Virus record (IMG/VR): IMGVR_UViG_3300042429_000720
Origin: an uncultured virus (IMG/VR IMGVR_UViG_3300042429_000720)
Taxonomy: Duplodnaviria; Heunggongvirae; Uroviricota; Caudoviricetes
Length of the DNA: 57,652 nt
Strand: one strand, 5' to 3'
The notes beneath the pieces were generated by a model. That model made no database searches and was not told the origin of the DNA. It saw nothing but the letters and a program-made list of their open reading frames with translations. Shown here one piece after another: positions 27,742 to 37,298 of the stretch (positions are counted from its first letter, which is position 1; every line of letters starts with the position of its first letter). The translations under genes and the position numbers were made by a program.

Positions 27742-28164
27742 ATGATCAATCCAATCCTTACTATGTGCTTTTACGTCGCTACGGTGACTTCAAATGCCAA
27801 CCTTGCCGGTATCGACAATCAAAAATTTACTTTCGGACTAAGACAAATCACCGAGGACGTTCTCAATGAAAGAGGAAATCCTTTATGCCCGGAAAGCGAT
27901 CTTAATGCAAGTCCGATCTACGTTACAGTAACTGAAATTAAAGCTCCTACTCAAGGAATTAGAATCGGACCTTTTGAATTCAAACAAAAGAAAACAATCG
28001 TTGAGGTAGATATTGCAATCGGTTCATCAGTCTATCACGGAGTAGGAAAAGCTAATACAAACGTTGCTGCTACATTAATGCAGCTGCAAGATGAAAATCT
28101 TCCTTTCGAAAGAACAGAATTTTCAGTAGCTGTTAAAAAAGCTATTGTGGATGCCCTAGACTAG
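27742..28164 (+). CDS. hypothetical protein (CsgG/LptE-like alpha-beta pattern)
   Basis: Last gene of the envelope operon. Confidence 0.55.
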   Translation: MINPILTMCFYVATVTSNANLAGIDNQKFTFGLRQITEDVLNERGNPLCPESDLNASPIYVTVTEIKAPTQGIRIGPFEFKQKKTIVEVDIAIGSSVYHGVGKANTNVAATLMQLQDENLPFERTEFSVAVKKAIVDALD

Positions 28165-28241
28165 GTCTATTTATACCAAAGGGTTGCCGTCAATTGTTTT
28201 CTTAATCAGTTCTATAAGTTAAACTTTTTAAATAACAATTT

Positions 28242-28484
28242 ATGGCATTTTGGGACATTTTTAAAGATAAAAATGACTTCAACGAGAAAACAATCGTTGG
28301 CTTTTTATCATTCTCGGTGATGGCTATCTTCGCTGGAGCTGACATCGTTACAGGTATTTTAGGTAACCAACTGGTAATCAGTGATACTATCTTCAATTCA
28401 TTTGTAATGATCACTCTAGGTGCATTTGGTATCGCCGAAGCAGGAAAGATCTTCGGAGGAAAGAAAGAAGAAAATAACGATTAA
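28242..28484 (+). CDS. two-TM holin-like membrane protein
   Basis: Two TM segments, charged C-terminus, immediately upstream of the endolysin. Confidence 0.6.
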   Translation: MAFWDIFKDKNDFNEKTIVGFLSFSVMAIFAGADIVTGILGNQLVISDTIFNSFVMITLGAFGIAEAGKIFGGKKEENND

Positions 28485-28494
28485 AAATTAAACT

Positions 28495-29106
28495 ATGAGC
28501 TTAAAAAGTTTACAAGAGAAGATGGGCATAGCCGCTGATGGCGCTTTTGGTCCCGGAACAATGAAGAAGGCAATGGAGTTTTATAAGTTGACTCCAGTTA
28601 GAGCTGCACACTTCTTCGCTCAAACAGCCCACGAAACAGGAGGCTTTAAAGCATTTTCAGAGAACCTAAACTACTCCGCCCAAGGCCTGCAAGGTATCTT
28701 CGGCAAGTACTTCCCCGGTAACCTCGAAGAGTCTTACGCCCGCCAGCCTGAAAAGATTGCAAACCGAGTCTACGCCGACAGGATGGGCAACGGAGCCGAA
28801 GCATCAGGGGATGGATACAAGTTCAGAGGCAGAGGAGCTCTTCAGTTGACTGGTAAAGCCAACTACGAAGCATTTGCAAAGTACTTAGGCAATGACGAGG
28901 TCTTGACTAACCCTGATACGGTTGCTACTAAATACGCTTTTGAATCAGCTATGTTTTTCTTTGAAAGAAATAAGCTATGGACTATCTGTGATAAGGGCAT
29001 CAACGATGCAGCTATCCTGGAACTGACCAAGCGCATCAACGGCGGTACTCACGGACTTGAAGACAGAAATGCCAAGACTAAGAAGTACTACGAATACGTG
29101 AAGTAA
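28495..29106 (+). CDS. Glycoside hydrolase family 19 endolysin
   Basis: ADGAFGPGT PG-binding motif; AHFFAQTAHETGGF, ENLNYS, FRGRGALQLTG, TKRINGG. Confidence 0.93.
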   Translation: MSLKSLQEKMGIAADGAFGPGTMKKAMEFYKLTPVRAAHFFAQTAHETGGFKAFSENLNYSAQGLQGIFGKYFPGNLEESYARQPEKIANRVYADRMGNGAEASGDGYKFRGRGALQLTGKANYEAFAKYLGNDEVLTNPDTVATKYAFESAMFFFERNKLWTICDKGINDAAILELTKRINGGTHGLEDRNAKTKKYYEYVK

Positions 29107-29522
29107 TGAAACCAACAGCCATATTTTTGTCTATCGCCACCACACTTTCATTCGGATGCTCTTATTTTCTAGAGCTGACAATGGGTAACTTTGAGCAGTA
29201 CCTTGCTCTAATTGCTGTGGTGTTTGTAGATGGATTTTTTGGCATCATTGCTGGAATCAAGAGAGAAGGTTTTAAGACCTTTAAAGCTGTTAGAGTACTA
29301 CAAAGAACAATAGTATGGGTAATGTTCCTAACTGTTATCCTGATGGTCGAAAGAGGCTTTGCAGGAACTAGTTGGTTATCTGAAACCATTATCGTACCTT
29401 TCATTCTACTTCAGCTTATAAGTGCTCTTAAGAACGCTTCGATGTCTGGCTTTATCCATATAGGGGACTTAAATAAGATCTTAGATCGAATAGATCCTCA
29501 CAAAGGAGAAAGAAAAGAATAA
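29106..29522 (+). CDS. phage holin family protein
   Basis: Multi-TM; VDGFFGI and SALKNA pattern of holin_4-like proteins. Confidence 0.7.
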   Translation: MKPTAIFLSIATTLSFGCSYFLELTMGNFEQYLALIAVVFVDGFFGIIAGIKREGFKTFKAVRVLQRTIVWVMFLTVILMVERGFAGTSWLSETIIVPFILLQLISALKNASMSGFIHIGDLNKILDRIDPHKGERKE

Positions 29523-29530
29523 AAAGTTTA

Positions 29531-29559
29531 AAGAGCCCTTGCTTCGCAGGGGCTTTTTT
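29531..29559 (+). terminator. Intrinsic terminator overlapping the next promoter
   Basis: AAGAGCCCTTGC-TTC-GCAGGGGCTTTTTT. Confidence 0.75.
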
Positions 29560-29573
29560 CGTATATTAAGGTT

Positions 29574-29933
29574 ATGAGCGAAGATAAAAATATATACGAA
29601 AGAGGCGCAGTCGAGATCCTCAAGGAAGAATACCCGACTATCTACTACGGCTACATTCAGATTCAAGCAGAGCAGTTAGAGCTCTTTGCAAAGAAGCATT
29701 TAGATTACGGAATGCATAACATCACTGCAGGTACTCAACTTGCTAACGAAGATGAGATTGGCTTTGCATTGACCGGACTCTGGTACCGAATCTCAGATAA
29801 GGTTAACCGCTGGAAGAATCTGCTGATTAATCGACGTAGTGTACAGAATGAATCCTTAATGGATACTTATCAAGACCTGGCTAACTACGGCATCATTGCT
29901 CAGTTAGTGGCTCGAGGTATGTGGAAGAAGTAA
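29574..29933 (+). CDS. DUF1599/nucleotide-modification-associated domain protein
   Basis: KKHLDYG..N, R..DK..R, NES..DT..DLANY.II. Confidence 0.8.
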   Translation: MSEDKNIYERGAVEILKEEYPTIYYGYIQIQAEQLELFAKKHLDYGMHNITAGTQLANEDEIGFALTGLWYRISDKVNRWKNLLINRRSVQNESLMDTYQDLANYGIIAQLVARGMWKK

Positions 29934-29934
29934 A

Positions 29935-30873
29935 ATGGCTAAGAAGAAACTCCCTAAGGAGGTAAGCCTGGTTCGTGAATACAAAGTAGAGAAGTACGAC
30001 ACAAAGGAGAACAAAAACATCTCCTACAGTCAATACTCAATCTACAGTACTTGTCCACATCAGTGGTATCTTTCGTATCCGAAAAAGCTAGCACCTTATA
30101 CTCCTAGCATTCATACAGTCTTTGGAACTGCTCTACACGAGACAGCTCAGAACTGGTTGGATGTACTTTACAACCAATCGGTAAAGGCTGCTACTGAAAT
30201 CGATCTATCAGAGTATCTGATTGACCGAATGAAGAAGACTTACAAGAAAGAAAGATTTAATAACGGACACAAAGACTTTACAACTCCTCAGGAGCTTCAA
30301 GAGTTTCACAACGACGGAGTAGCCATAATGGACTACCTAAAAAAGAAACGTTCGATATACTTTAGCACAAAAGGAACTTACCTGGTAGGAGTAGAGGTGC
30401 CGCTGGTACAGCAGCTTAAGACTGGATTGTACTTCAAAGCCTATCTTGATCTGGTCTTCTACAATGAAGTTACAGGAAAGTATTTGATCTTAGATATCAA
30501 GACTTCGACTAAGGGTTGGAGTGATTACGAAAAGAAAAGCGATACTAAGATCTCTCAGGTACTATTCTACAAAGAGTTCTTTGCCAAGCAATTCAATACC
30601 GATGTAGAGAACATCGATGTAGAATTCTTTATCGTACGTAGAAAGATTTACGAAGGAGGAGAGTTTGTACCCAAAAGAGTACAGCAATTCAGACCTGCTT
30701 CAGGAAAGATTAAGCGAGGTCAGGCGATGTCCGGCTTAAATAGATTTGTAGAAGAAGCATTTTCGGATACAGGAGAATATCTTGAGAAAGACTATAATAA
30801 GAATGCATCTAAAAACAACTGTAGATTCTGTCCGTTTAACAAAAGCCCTCTCTGTAGCGCAGCTATTTTATAA
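29935..30873 (+). CDS. PD-(D/E)xK nuclease (Cas4/RecB-like)
   Basis: ISYSQ...CP, FGTALHE, YLDL, ILDIKTS, QxxxY, C-terminal CRFCP...C. Confidence 0.88.
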   Translation: MAKKKLPKEVSLVREYKVEKYDTKENKNISYSQYSIYSTCPHQWYLSYPKKLAPYTPSIHTVFGTALHETAQNWLDVLYNQSVKAATEIDLSEYLIDRMKKTYKKERFNNGHKDFTTPQELQEFHNDGVAIMDYLKKKRSIYFSTKGTYLVGVEVPLVQQLKTGLYFKAYLDLVFYNEVTGKYLILDIKTSTKGWSDYEKKSDTKISQVLFYKEFFAKQFNTDVENIDVEFFIVRRKIYEGGEFVPKRVQQFRPASGKIKRGQAMSGLNRFVEEAFSDTGEYLEKDYNKNASKNNCRFCPFNKSPLCSAAIL

Positions 30874-30913
30874 TTCCAAGCTATTTATATATGTATATAA
30901 ACATATAAAGGCT

Positions 30914-31096
30914 ATGGACAACAAAAAGCTGACAAGCGTTAGAGTAGAACAGCAGTTATTCGACGAGTTTAAAGTTCAATGCGTACGCTATAAATTTTCT
31001 TTTCAAAAGTTGGCAGATAGAGCTATTTTTTTCTATCTTACAGACGATACGTTTAGAGACAAGGTACATAATCAGAACGATATAAACTTAAAATAA
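30914..31096 (+). CDS. small ribbon-helix-helix-like protein
   Basis: KLTSVRV..LFDEFK...SFQKL; ATG at 30914. Confidence 0.6.
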   Translation: MDNKKLTSVRVEQQLFDEFKVQCVRYKFSFQKLADRAIFFYLTDDTFRDKVHNQNDINLK

Positions 31097-32544
31097 TGCA
31101 AGACAAATTTCGTTATGTTGAGCAGAAAGATCGAAAAAAGATTCTTCTGCTGTGTGATGATATAAGACTCCATTCCGGAGTCGCTACTATGGCAAGAGAG
31201 ATTGTAGTAGGCACATCACATCACTTCAATTGGGTAAACTTAGGAGGTGCTATGAAGCATCCCGATGAAAAGAAAGCCTTTGATCTCTCAGAAGATGTTA
31301 ACAAGCAGACCGGTATAACAGATGCTTCAGTGAAGCTATATGCAACATCAGGCTACGGCACTATTGAGGTTATAAGAGAGCTTCTAAGAGTTGAAAAGCC
31401 TGACGCTATCATGCTCTTTACCGATCCTAGATACTGGGCTTGGTTGTTTGATATCGAAAGAGAGCTTAGAACAACAATGCCTCTCCTGTACTTAAACATT
31501 TGGGACGATTACCCTACCCCTCTTTACAATAAAGCTTATTACGAGTGCTGTGATCTTCTTATGTCTATTTCAAAACAGACTAAGAATATTAACGAGCTTG
31601 TGCTAGAAGATGCTGCTAAAGGTAAGGTACTTACTTATGTACCTCACGGTATTAACGAAGAGCACTTCTTCCCTATTACACCTGAGTCTAAGAATTACGA
31701 CAAGTACCAGGAGTTCAAAAAGAGCATCTTTGAAGGAAAAGATATTGAGTTTGTAGCGTTCTGGAACTCTAGAAACATCCGACGTAAATCACCGGGTGAT
31801 GTTATTCTAGCCTATAGACAGTTCTGTGATCAAGTAGGTCCAGAGAAAGCAAAGAAATGTGCTCTAATTATGCACACCCAGCCTGTAGATGAAAACGGAA
31901 CAGATCTTTACGCAGTTAGAGAAGCTATTTGCGATCCGAGCTACGTTAATGTATTCTTCTCTCAGGACAGATTAGGTCACGAGCAGATGAACTGGCTGTA
32001 CAACCTCGCAGATGTTACTATGCTCATCTCTTCTAATGAAGGATGGGGCTTAAGCTTGACTGAATCTATGATGGCAGGTACTATGATCATTGGTAACGTT
32101 ACCGGTGGTATGCAAGACCAGATGAGATTTGTAGATGATAAAGGTCAGTGGTATACTCCTTCGCTTGAAATACCTTCCAACCACATGGGTACTTATCTAG
32201 AGCATGGAGAGTGGGCTATGCCTGTCTACCCTTCCAACATCTCACTAGTAGGTTCGGTACCTACTCCGTACATCCACGATGACAGATGCGACTTCAGAGA
32301 TGTAGCTGATGTCCTTGAAAGAATCTACATATTGTCTCCCGAAGAAAGAAAGCAGAAAGGACTTGCCGGACGTGAATGGGTAACATCAGACGAAGCAATG
32401 ATGTCTGCTAAGAATATGTCCAAGAATGTGATTCTATCTATCGATCAAACATTTGAAAACTTTACACCTCGTAGCCGATACGATGTGATTAAGGTTGAAG
32501 ATCTTCCTACTAAATATGTAAAACACCCAATGGTATATGAGTAA
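31096..32544 (+). CDS. Glycosyltransferase (GT-B/GT4)
   Basis: SGVA, VPHGI, RNIRRK, EGWGLSLTESM. Confidence 0.88.
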   Translation: MQDKFRYVEQKDRKKILLLCDDIRLHSGVATMAREIVVGTSHHFNWVNLGGAMKHPDEKKAFDLSEDVNKQTGITDASVKLYATSGYGTIEVIRELLRVEKPDAIMLFTDPRYWAWLFDIERELRTTMPLLYLNIWDDYPTPLYNKAYYECCDLLMSISKQTKNINELVLEDAAKGKVLTYVPHGINEEHFFPITPESKNYDKYQEFKKSIFEGKDIEFVAFWNSRNIRRKSPGDVILAYRQFCDQVGPEKAKKCALIMHTQPVDENGTDLYAVREAICDPSYVNVFFSQDRLGHEQMNWLYNLADVTMLISSNEGWGLSLTESMMAGTMIIGNVTGGMQDQMRFVDDKGQWYTPSLEIPSNHMGTYLEHGEWAMPVYPSNISLVGSVPTPYIHDDRCDFRDVADVLERIYILSPEERKQKGLAGREWVTSDEAMMSAKNMSKNVILSIDQTFENFTPRSRYDVIKVEDLPTKYVKHPMVYE

Positions 32545-33808
32545 GCCAACAGTTTTAGTTAGTTGTCCAATTGATACGTACTCTGGATACGGAGGCCGTT
32601 CTAGAGATTTTGTTAAAGCCTTAATTAGTACAGGTAAATATAATGTCTATATTCTATCTCAACGCTGGGGGAATACTCGGTTTGGATATCTAAAAGACCA
32701 TTCAGAGCATGATCTAGCTTCAAAGATTGTACCAAACGTTACAGGTCAACCTGATATCTGGATTCAAATTACAGTACCTAATGAGTTCCAACCTATTGGA
32801 AAGTATAACATAGGAGTTACAGCCGGTATCGAAACTACAATCTGTGATCCAAGTTGGATTGAAGGCTGTAATAGAATGAACCTCACACTAGTATCCTCTC
32901 AGCATGCTAAAGAAACTTTTGAGAGAAGTAAGTTTGAAGTGCAAGATAAGGGTAAGACTACAGGTACAATTGAACTGCAGAAGCCTATTGAAGTATTATT
33001 TGAAGGATTGGATATTGAAAAATATAAACCTGTTACTAGTAGTACTTTTAACCTCTCTGCAGTAGAAGAATCTTTTGCTTACCTCTTTGTAGGACATTGG
33101 CTGCAAGGAGACTTTGGACAGGATAGAAAAAATGTAGGATACCTTGTAAAAGCTTTCTTAGAAAGTTTTAAGAATAAGAAAGACGCTCCTGCTTTAATCT
33201 TAAAGACTCAATCTGCTAACGCTTCTATCTTGGATAGAAACCAAGTACTAAAAAAGATTGACGATATTAGAAAGAGTATTAAAGGTACTTTACCTAACAT
33301 CTACCTACTTCACGGAGAGATGTCTGATGAAGAAGTTAATATGTTATACAATCATCCTAAAGTCAAAGCAATGGTTAGCTTTACTAAAGGAGAAGGATTT
33401 GGCAGACCTCTTCTAGAATTCTCAGCTGTGAATAAACCTATCATAGCTTCAGGATGGTCAGGGCATATCGACTTCTTAGATAAGGAATTTACTTACCTTG
33501 TTGCCGGTACTCTGACTAACGTACATAAGAGTGCTGCAATAGATAAAATGCTATTAAAAGAAGCTCAATGGTTTACACCAGACGATGCACAGACAGGAAC
33601 TGCTTTGCGTATGGTATTTGACAACTATAAGAAGTATGCAGAGCTAGCTAAGAGACAGGGATATAAGTCTCGTACAAACTTTAGCTGGGAGAAGATGGCA
33701 GAGCAATTAGATCAAATTCTCTCAAGTAATCTTCCTGAGTTCCCTAAGCAAGTTGAACTTAAACTACCAACATTACAGCTACCTAAACTACAGAAAATAA
33801 ATGGATAA
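32537..33808 (+). CDS. Glycosyltransferase (GT-B/GT4)
   Basis: SGYG, RKNV, GEGFGRPLLEF. Confidence 0.88.
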   Translation: MSKPTVLVSCPIDTYSGYGGRSRDFVKALISTGKYNVYILSQRWGNTRFGYLKDHSEHDLASKIVPNVTGQPDIWIQITVPNEFQPIGKYNIGVTAGIETTICDPSWIEGCNRMNLTLVSSQHAKETFERSKFEVQDKGKTTGTIELQKPIEVLFEGLDIEKYKPVTSSTFNLSAVEESFAYLFVGHWLQGDFGQDRKNVGYLVKAFLESFKNKKDAPALILKTQSANASILDRNQVLKKIDDIRKSIKGTLPNIYLLHGEMSDEEVNMLYNHPKVKAMVSFTKGEGFGRPLLEFSAVNKPIIASGWSGHIDFLDKEFTYLVAGTLTNVHKSAAIDKMLLKEAQWFTPDDAQTGTALRMVFDNYKKYAELAKRQGYKSRTNFSWEKMAEQLDQILSSNLPEFPKQVELKLPTLQLPKLQKING

Positions 33809-34238
33809 GTTAACCGATTGTAAAAGATGCGGCTCTAATGCCTGCTACGAACAGCACATCAACGAACAGCTAACAACCTGGTTATGTATGGGATGTGGCT
33901 TTACAACCTCTACTGTTATGACAGAAGGAAGCCAGCCAGTCACTCAAGCCTTAGAATCCTCTCCAGAACTCTACAAAGACCTTCTTCATAAAGATCAAGA
34001 CGATCATATATGGATGCCTGCTACGGTAACACTGCCTGGTAAAGGAATGGTGTTTATCGACGGCAGTACTAAAGAGAATTGGAGATGGGCAGCCGTTAAA
34101 GCTGTTGAGATTCTTAAAGAAGAACAGCACAAGTACCCTGAAGGGCAGACTCATAAAATGGATATGAAAGGAGCTCAAAACTTCGAACAGAGAGACTTTA
34201 TGGACGCATTACAAGTAATTGGCTTTTACGAAATGTAA
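33801..34238 (+). CDS. Zn-finger hypothetical protein
   Basis: CKRC...CMGCG. Confidence 0.7.
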   Translation: MDKLTDCKRCGSNACYEQHINEQLTTWLCMGCGFTTSTVMTEGSQPVTQALESSPELYKDLLHKDQDDHIWMPATVTLPGKGMVFIDGSTKENWRWAAVKAVEILKEEQHKYPEGQTHKMDMKGAQNFEQRDFMDALQVIGFYEM

Positions 34239-34864
34239 TGAAAATTAGTTACGCAGTAACGGTTTGTAATGAGCTTGTAGAGATACAACGACTGCTTCCT
34301 TTCCTAATTCAGAACAAGAGGCAGGAGGATGAGATCATTATCTTTTACGATTCCAATAATGGAACTAAGGCAGTAGATGAGTATCTAAGAAGTCTATCTA
34401 CGAATACATTTGCTCCATTTCGGTACATTAGTTACCACTTCGACGGGCACTTTGCTAACATGAAGAATGCTTTGACTGAAGCTTGCTTGGGAGATTATAT
34501 CTTTCAGATTGATGCTGATGAGATGCCTAGCAGTTTTCTAATGCAGCATCTCCCTGCTCTACTTGAAATGAATCAGGTAGATGTTATACTAGTACCTCGA
34601 ATCAACACAGTAGAAGGACTAACCCTAGAGCATGTACAGAAGTGGAACTGGGCTATTAACGAAAAAGACTGGGTAAACTTTCCAGACTATCAATGGAGGA
34701 TCTATAAAAGATCTTCAGATATTAAATGGGTAAGCAAGGTACATGAATACCTAGAAGGATTTAAAACCGCTTCCCCGCTTCCCCCTCAGGAAGAATGGTG
34801 CTTGTTCCATCCTAAAACAATCCAGCGTCAAGAAAAACAAAACGCTTACTACGATACTTTATGA
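34238..34864 (+). CDS. Glycosyltransferase family 2
   Basis: ISYAVTVCNE, QIDADE, PDYQWRI, VHE. Confidence 0.88.
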   Translation: MKISYAVTVCNELVEIQRLLPFLIQNKRQEDEIIIFYDSNNGTKAVDEYLRSLSTNTFAPFRYISYHFDGHFANMKNALTEACLGDYIFQIDADEMPSSFLMQHLPALLEMNQVDVILVPRINTVEGLTLEHVQKWNWAINEKDWVNFPDYQWRIYKRSSDIKWVSKVHEYLEGFKTASPLPPQEEWCLFHPKTIQRQEKQNAYYDTL

Positions 34865-35886
34865 TAAAGATTCGGTTAGTACAACCTGACCTACACCGCA
34901 ATGAGATTGCTTTCCGTCCATATTGGAGAGCTAAAGACTTATTCAAAGAGGTAGGTATAGAGTTTACAACCGAGGATAGTTCATACGATTTTGCTTTTAT
35001 TGCTCAAGCAAGCTTCATAGATAAGCAAGCAAGCTTAGCCGAATCGGTTGAGAAAGGTATTGAGTTTGTATCAAAGTTTGGTAAGGATGTTCTACTGCTT
35101 GATGGACAAGATTCACATTCCCTAATAGGAACAGTTGAAGTACTCCAAGCAACCGAGGTAAAAGTTTTATTTAAGAATACTTTACTCAAAGATCTCTCGC
35201 TATACGAACAGGGCTGGGTTAATGGAAGAACATACTGGGGTGCTGGAGATTACAAAGTACCTTTTATTAATCAAGTTAAGGACAGGATTAAGCTAAGCGG
35301 TACAAACTGGCTCTCTACAATCACCCCAACCTGGTATAATTACTCTTCAGACAAGCCTTACGATGTGTCGTGTATGTTTAGCTGGGGGGATAATTTAAAT
35401 TATGAGTATACAAATTTAACTTCTCCTTACTACGACACCCACCGCAAAGAGTTACTAGAGAAGTTAGAAGGTACTTCTTATAAGGTTGCAAGGAGAGAAA
35501 AAGGAGTAAAAATTCCTCAAGAGCAATTCTACCAGAATATGTACAACTCTAAGATTGTAACAGCTCCTATCGGATATGGAGAGATGGCAGTACGGGATAT
35601 TGAAGCAGCAAGCTTTGGAAGTATTCTTCTTAAACCTGATATGTCTCATCTAGATTCTTATCCGTTTATCTACCAGGATAATGAAACCTATATTGCCTGT
35701 AAGTACGATTGGTCGGATGTAGAAGAAAAGATCGAACACATCTTCAGGAACTATAAAGAACTTCAACCCTACTTAGTAGAGAATATGCGAAGAGCTTACA
35801 CTACTCAGTACTCTAATCAGAGCTTAGTAGAATATTTTTACAAACAGTTATCAACAGTAGAGGGGATAGGGTATGAGAATAACTAA
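34861..35886 (+). CDS. GT-B-like glycosyltransferase
   Basis: SKIVTAPIGYGE...RDIEA...G..L.KP. Confidence 0.7.
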   Translation: MIKIRLVQPDLHRNEIAFRPYWRAKDLFKEVGIEFTTEDSSYDFAFIAQASFIDKQASLAESVEKGIEFVSKFGKDVLLLDGQDSHSLIGTVEVLQATEVKVLFKNTLLKDLSLYEQGWVNGRTYWGAGDYKVPFINQVKDRIKLSGTNWLSTITPTWYNYSSDKPYDVSCMFSWGDNLNYEYTNLTSPYYDTHRKELLEKLEGTSYKVARREKGVKIPQEQFYQNMYNSKIVTAPIGYGEMAVRDIEAASFGSILLKPDMSHLDSYPFIYQDNETYIACKYDWSDVEEKIEHIFRNYKELQPYLVENMRRAYTTQYSNQSLVEYFYKQLSTVEGIGYENN

Positions 35887-36301
35887 TATAGATACGCTGA
35901 GTGCGTACTTGGATAGGTTGATCACTGAAAATATTAAGCTATACTTCTTTGAGAAAGATAACCTAGATGAAAAAGCTAGCCACCAGAAGCTTTTAATTAA
36001 AGAAGTAAAAGGAAAAATAACCGAACTACTAGTTGACTCTCTAGAAAATAGGTCTTATATTTATTTAGAAGAGCATCGTACCTTTGACGAAAATTCTATT
36101 GTTGAACAGCTAGAGGAGCTTATCCGAAACGATATCAACATAGGAGAAGCCGATCGAGCTAGATTAGAAGAGACTAAAAAAAGCAAACCTAATCTTGAAA
36201 GAATGGTTGTTAACGAAAAAAGGCTTCGCAAAGCTAACGAAGGTAGAGCAGCCAACAAAAACAATATCGATAAAATATTTAAACGCATAGCTGAAAAATG
36301 A
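35873..36301 (+). CDS. helical hypothetical protein (DUF4254-like)
   Basis: DRL...NIKL and N..RA..KN.ID motifs seen in sugar clusters. Confidence 0.55.
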   Translation: MRITNIDTLSAYLDRLITENIKLYFFEKDNLDEKASHQKLLIKEVKGKITELLVDSLENRSYIYLEEHRTFDENSIVEQLEELIRNDINIGEADRARLEETKKSKPNLERMVVNEKRLRKANEGRAANKNNIDKIFKRIAEK

Positions 36302-37296
36302 ACAAGACTGTTTTAATTACAGGTGTAGCTGGCCTACTAGGATCTAGACTAGCAGATTGGATTATAAAAAATAAACCCGGCTACAGGGTAGTAGGTATTG
36401 ACGATCTTAGCGGCGGATATAAAGAAAACGTTAACCCAGAAGTTGAGTTCTGGCAGATGGATTTAGTCAATCATCCTATCGAAAATTGCTTTGAAGTTCA
36501 TAAACCAGACTACGTTTTTCACTTTGCAGCCTATGCCGCAGAAGGTCTCTCTCCTTTTATTCGGACTTACAATTACAAGAACAATCTCGTAGCTACAGCT
36601 CGGATCGTTAATGAATGTATCAAGCACGATGTAGAGCGACTAGTATTCACTTCCACCATGGCAGTTTACGGCTTTGGGGAAGGAGGAATCTTCCACGAAG
36701 ATATGAGACGAGCTCCTATCGATCCTTACGGAGTAGCTAAAGCAGCTTGTGAGCATGATATTGAAATTGCAAACGAACAGCACGGACTTGACTACTGTAT
36801 TATCAGACCTCATAACGTCTACGGTGCTAACCAAAACATCTGGGATAAGTACCGCAACGTTCTTGGAATCTGGATGTACTATCATATGGAAGGTCAGCCG
36901 GTAACTATTTTTGGAGACGGTACTCAAAAGAGAGCATTTAGTTACATCGATGATTCTTTAGAGCCTCTATGGAATGCTGCAGTACGCCCTGAAGCTTCCA
37001 AGCAGATTATTAACCTAGGAGGTATTCAAGAGTATTCTATCAACGAAGCAGCTGATATTCTAACTGAAGTTGTTGGAGGTGCTGAAAGAGTTTATTTAGA
37101 GAAACGCCACGAGGTACATTACGCTATCCCAACCTACGACAAGTCTATCGAGCTACTAGGATTCCAGCACAAAACAGATCTTAAAGAAGGTTTGACTAAG
37201 ATGTGGGAATGGGCTCAGCACCAACCTAAACGAGAGAGATTTGTTTGGGAGAATTACGAAATAGAAAAAGGAATTTATTCGTTCTGGAAAAAATAA
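36298..37296 (+). CDS. NAD-dependent epimerase/dehydratase
   Basis: ITGVAGLLGS, YGVAK, RPHNVYG. Confidence 0.92.
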   Translation: MNKTVLITGVAGLLGSRLADWIIKNKPGYRVVGIDDLSGGYKENVNPEVEFWQMDLVNHPIENCFEVHKPDYVFHFAAYAAEGLSPFIRTYNYKNNLVATARIVNECIKHDVERLVFTSTMAVYGFGEGGIFHEDMRRAPIDPYGVAKAACEHDIEIANEQHGLDYCIIRPHNVYGANQNIWDKYRNVLGIWMYYHMEGQPVTIFGDGTQKRAFSYIDDSLEPLWNAAVRPEASKQIINLGGIQEYSINEAADILTEVVGGAERVYLEKRHEVHYAIPTYDKSIELLGFQHKTDLKEGLTKMWEWAQHQPKRERFVWENYEIEKGIYSFWKK

Positions 37297-37298
37297 AC

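Noticed and set aside
29935..30873. CRISPR adaptation Cas4
   Set aside because: A solo PD-(D/E)xK nuclease, common in phages; no cas1/cas2 or array present
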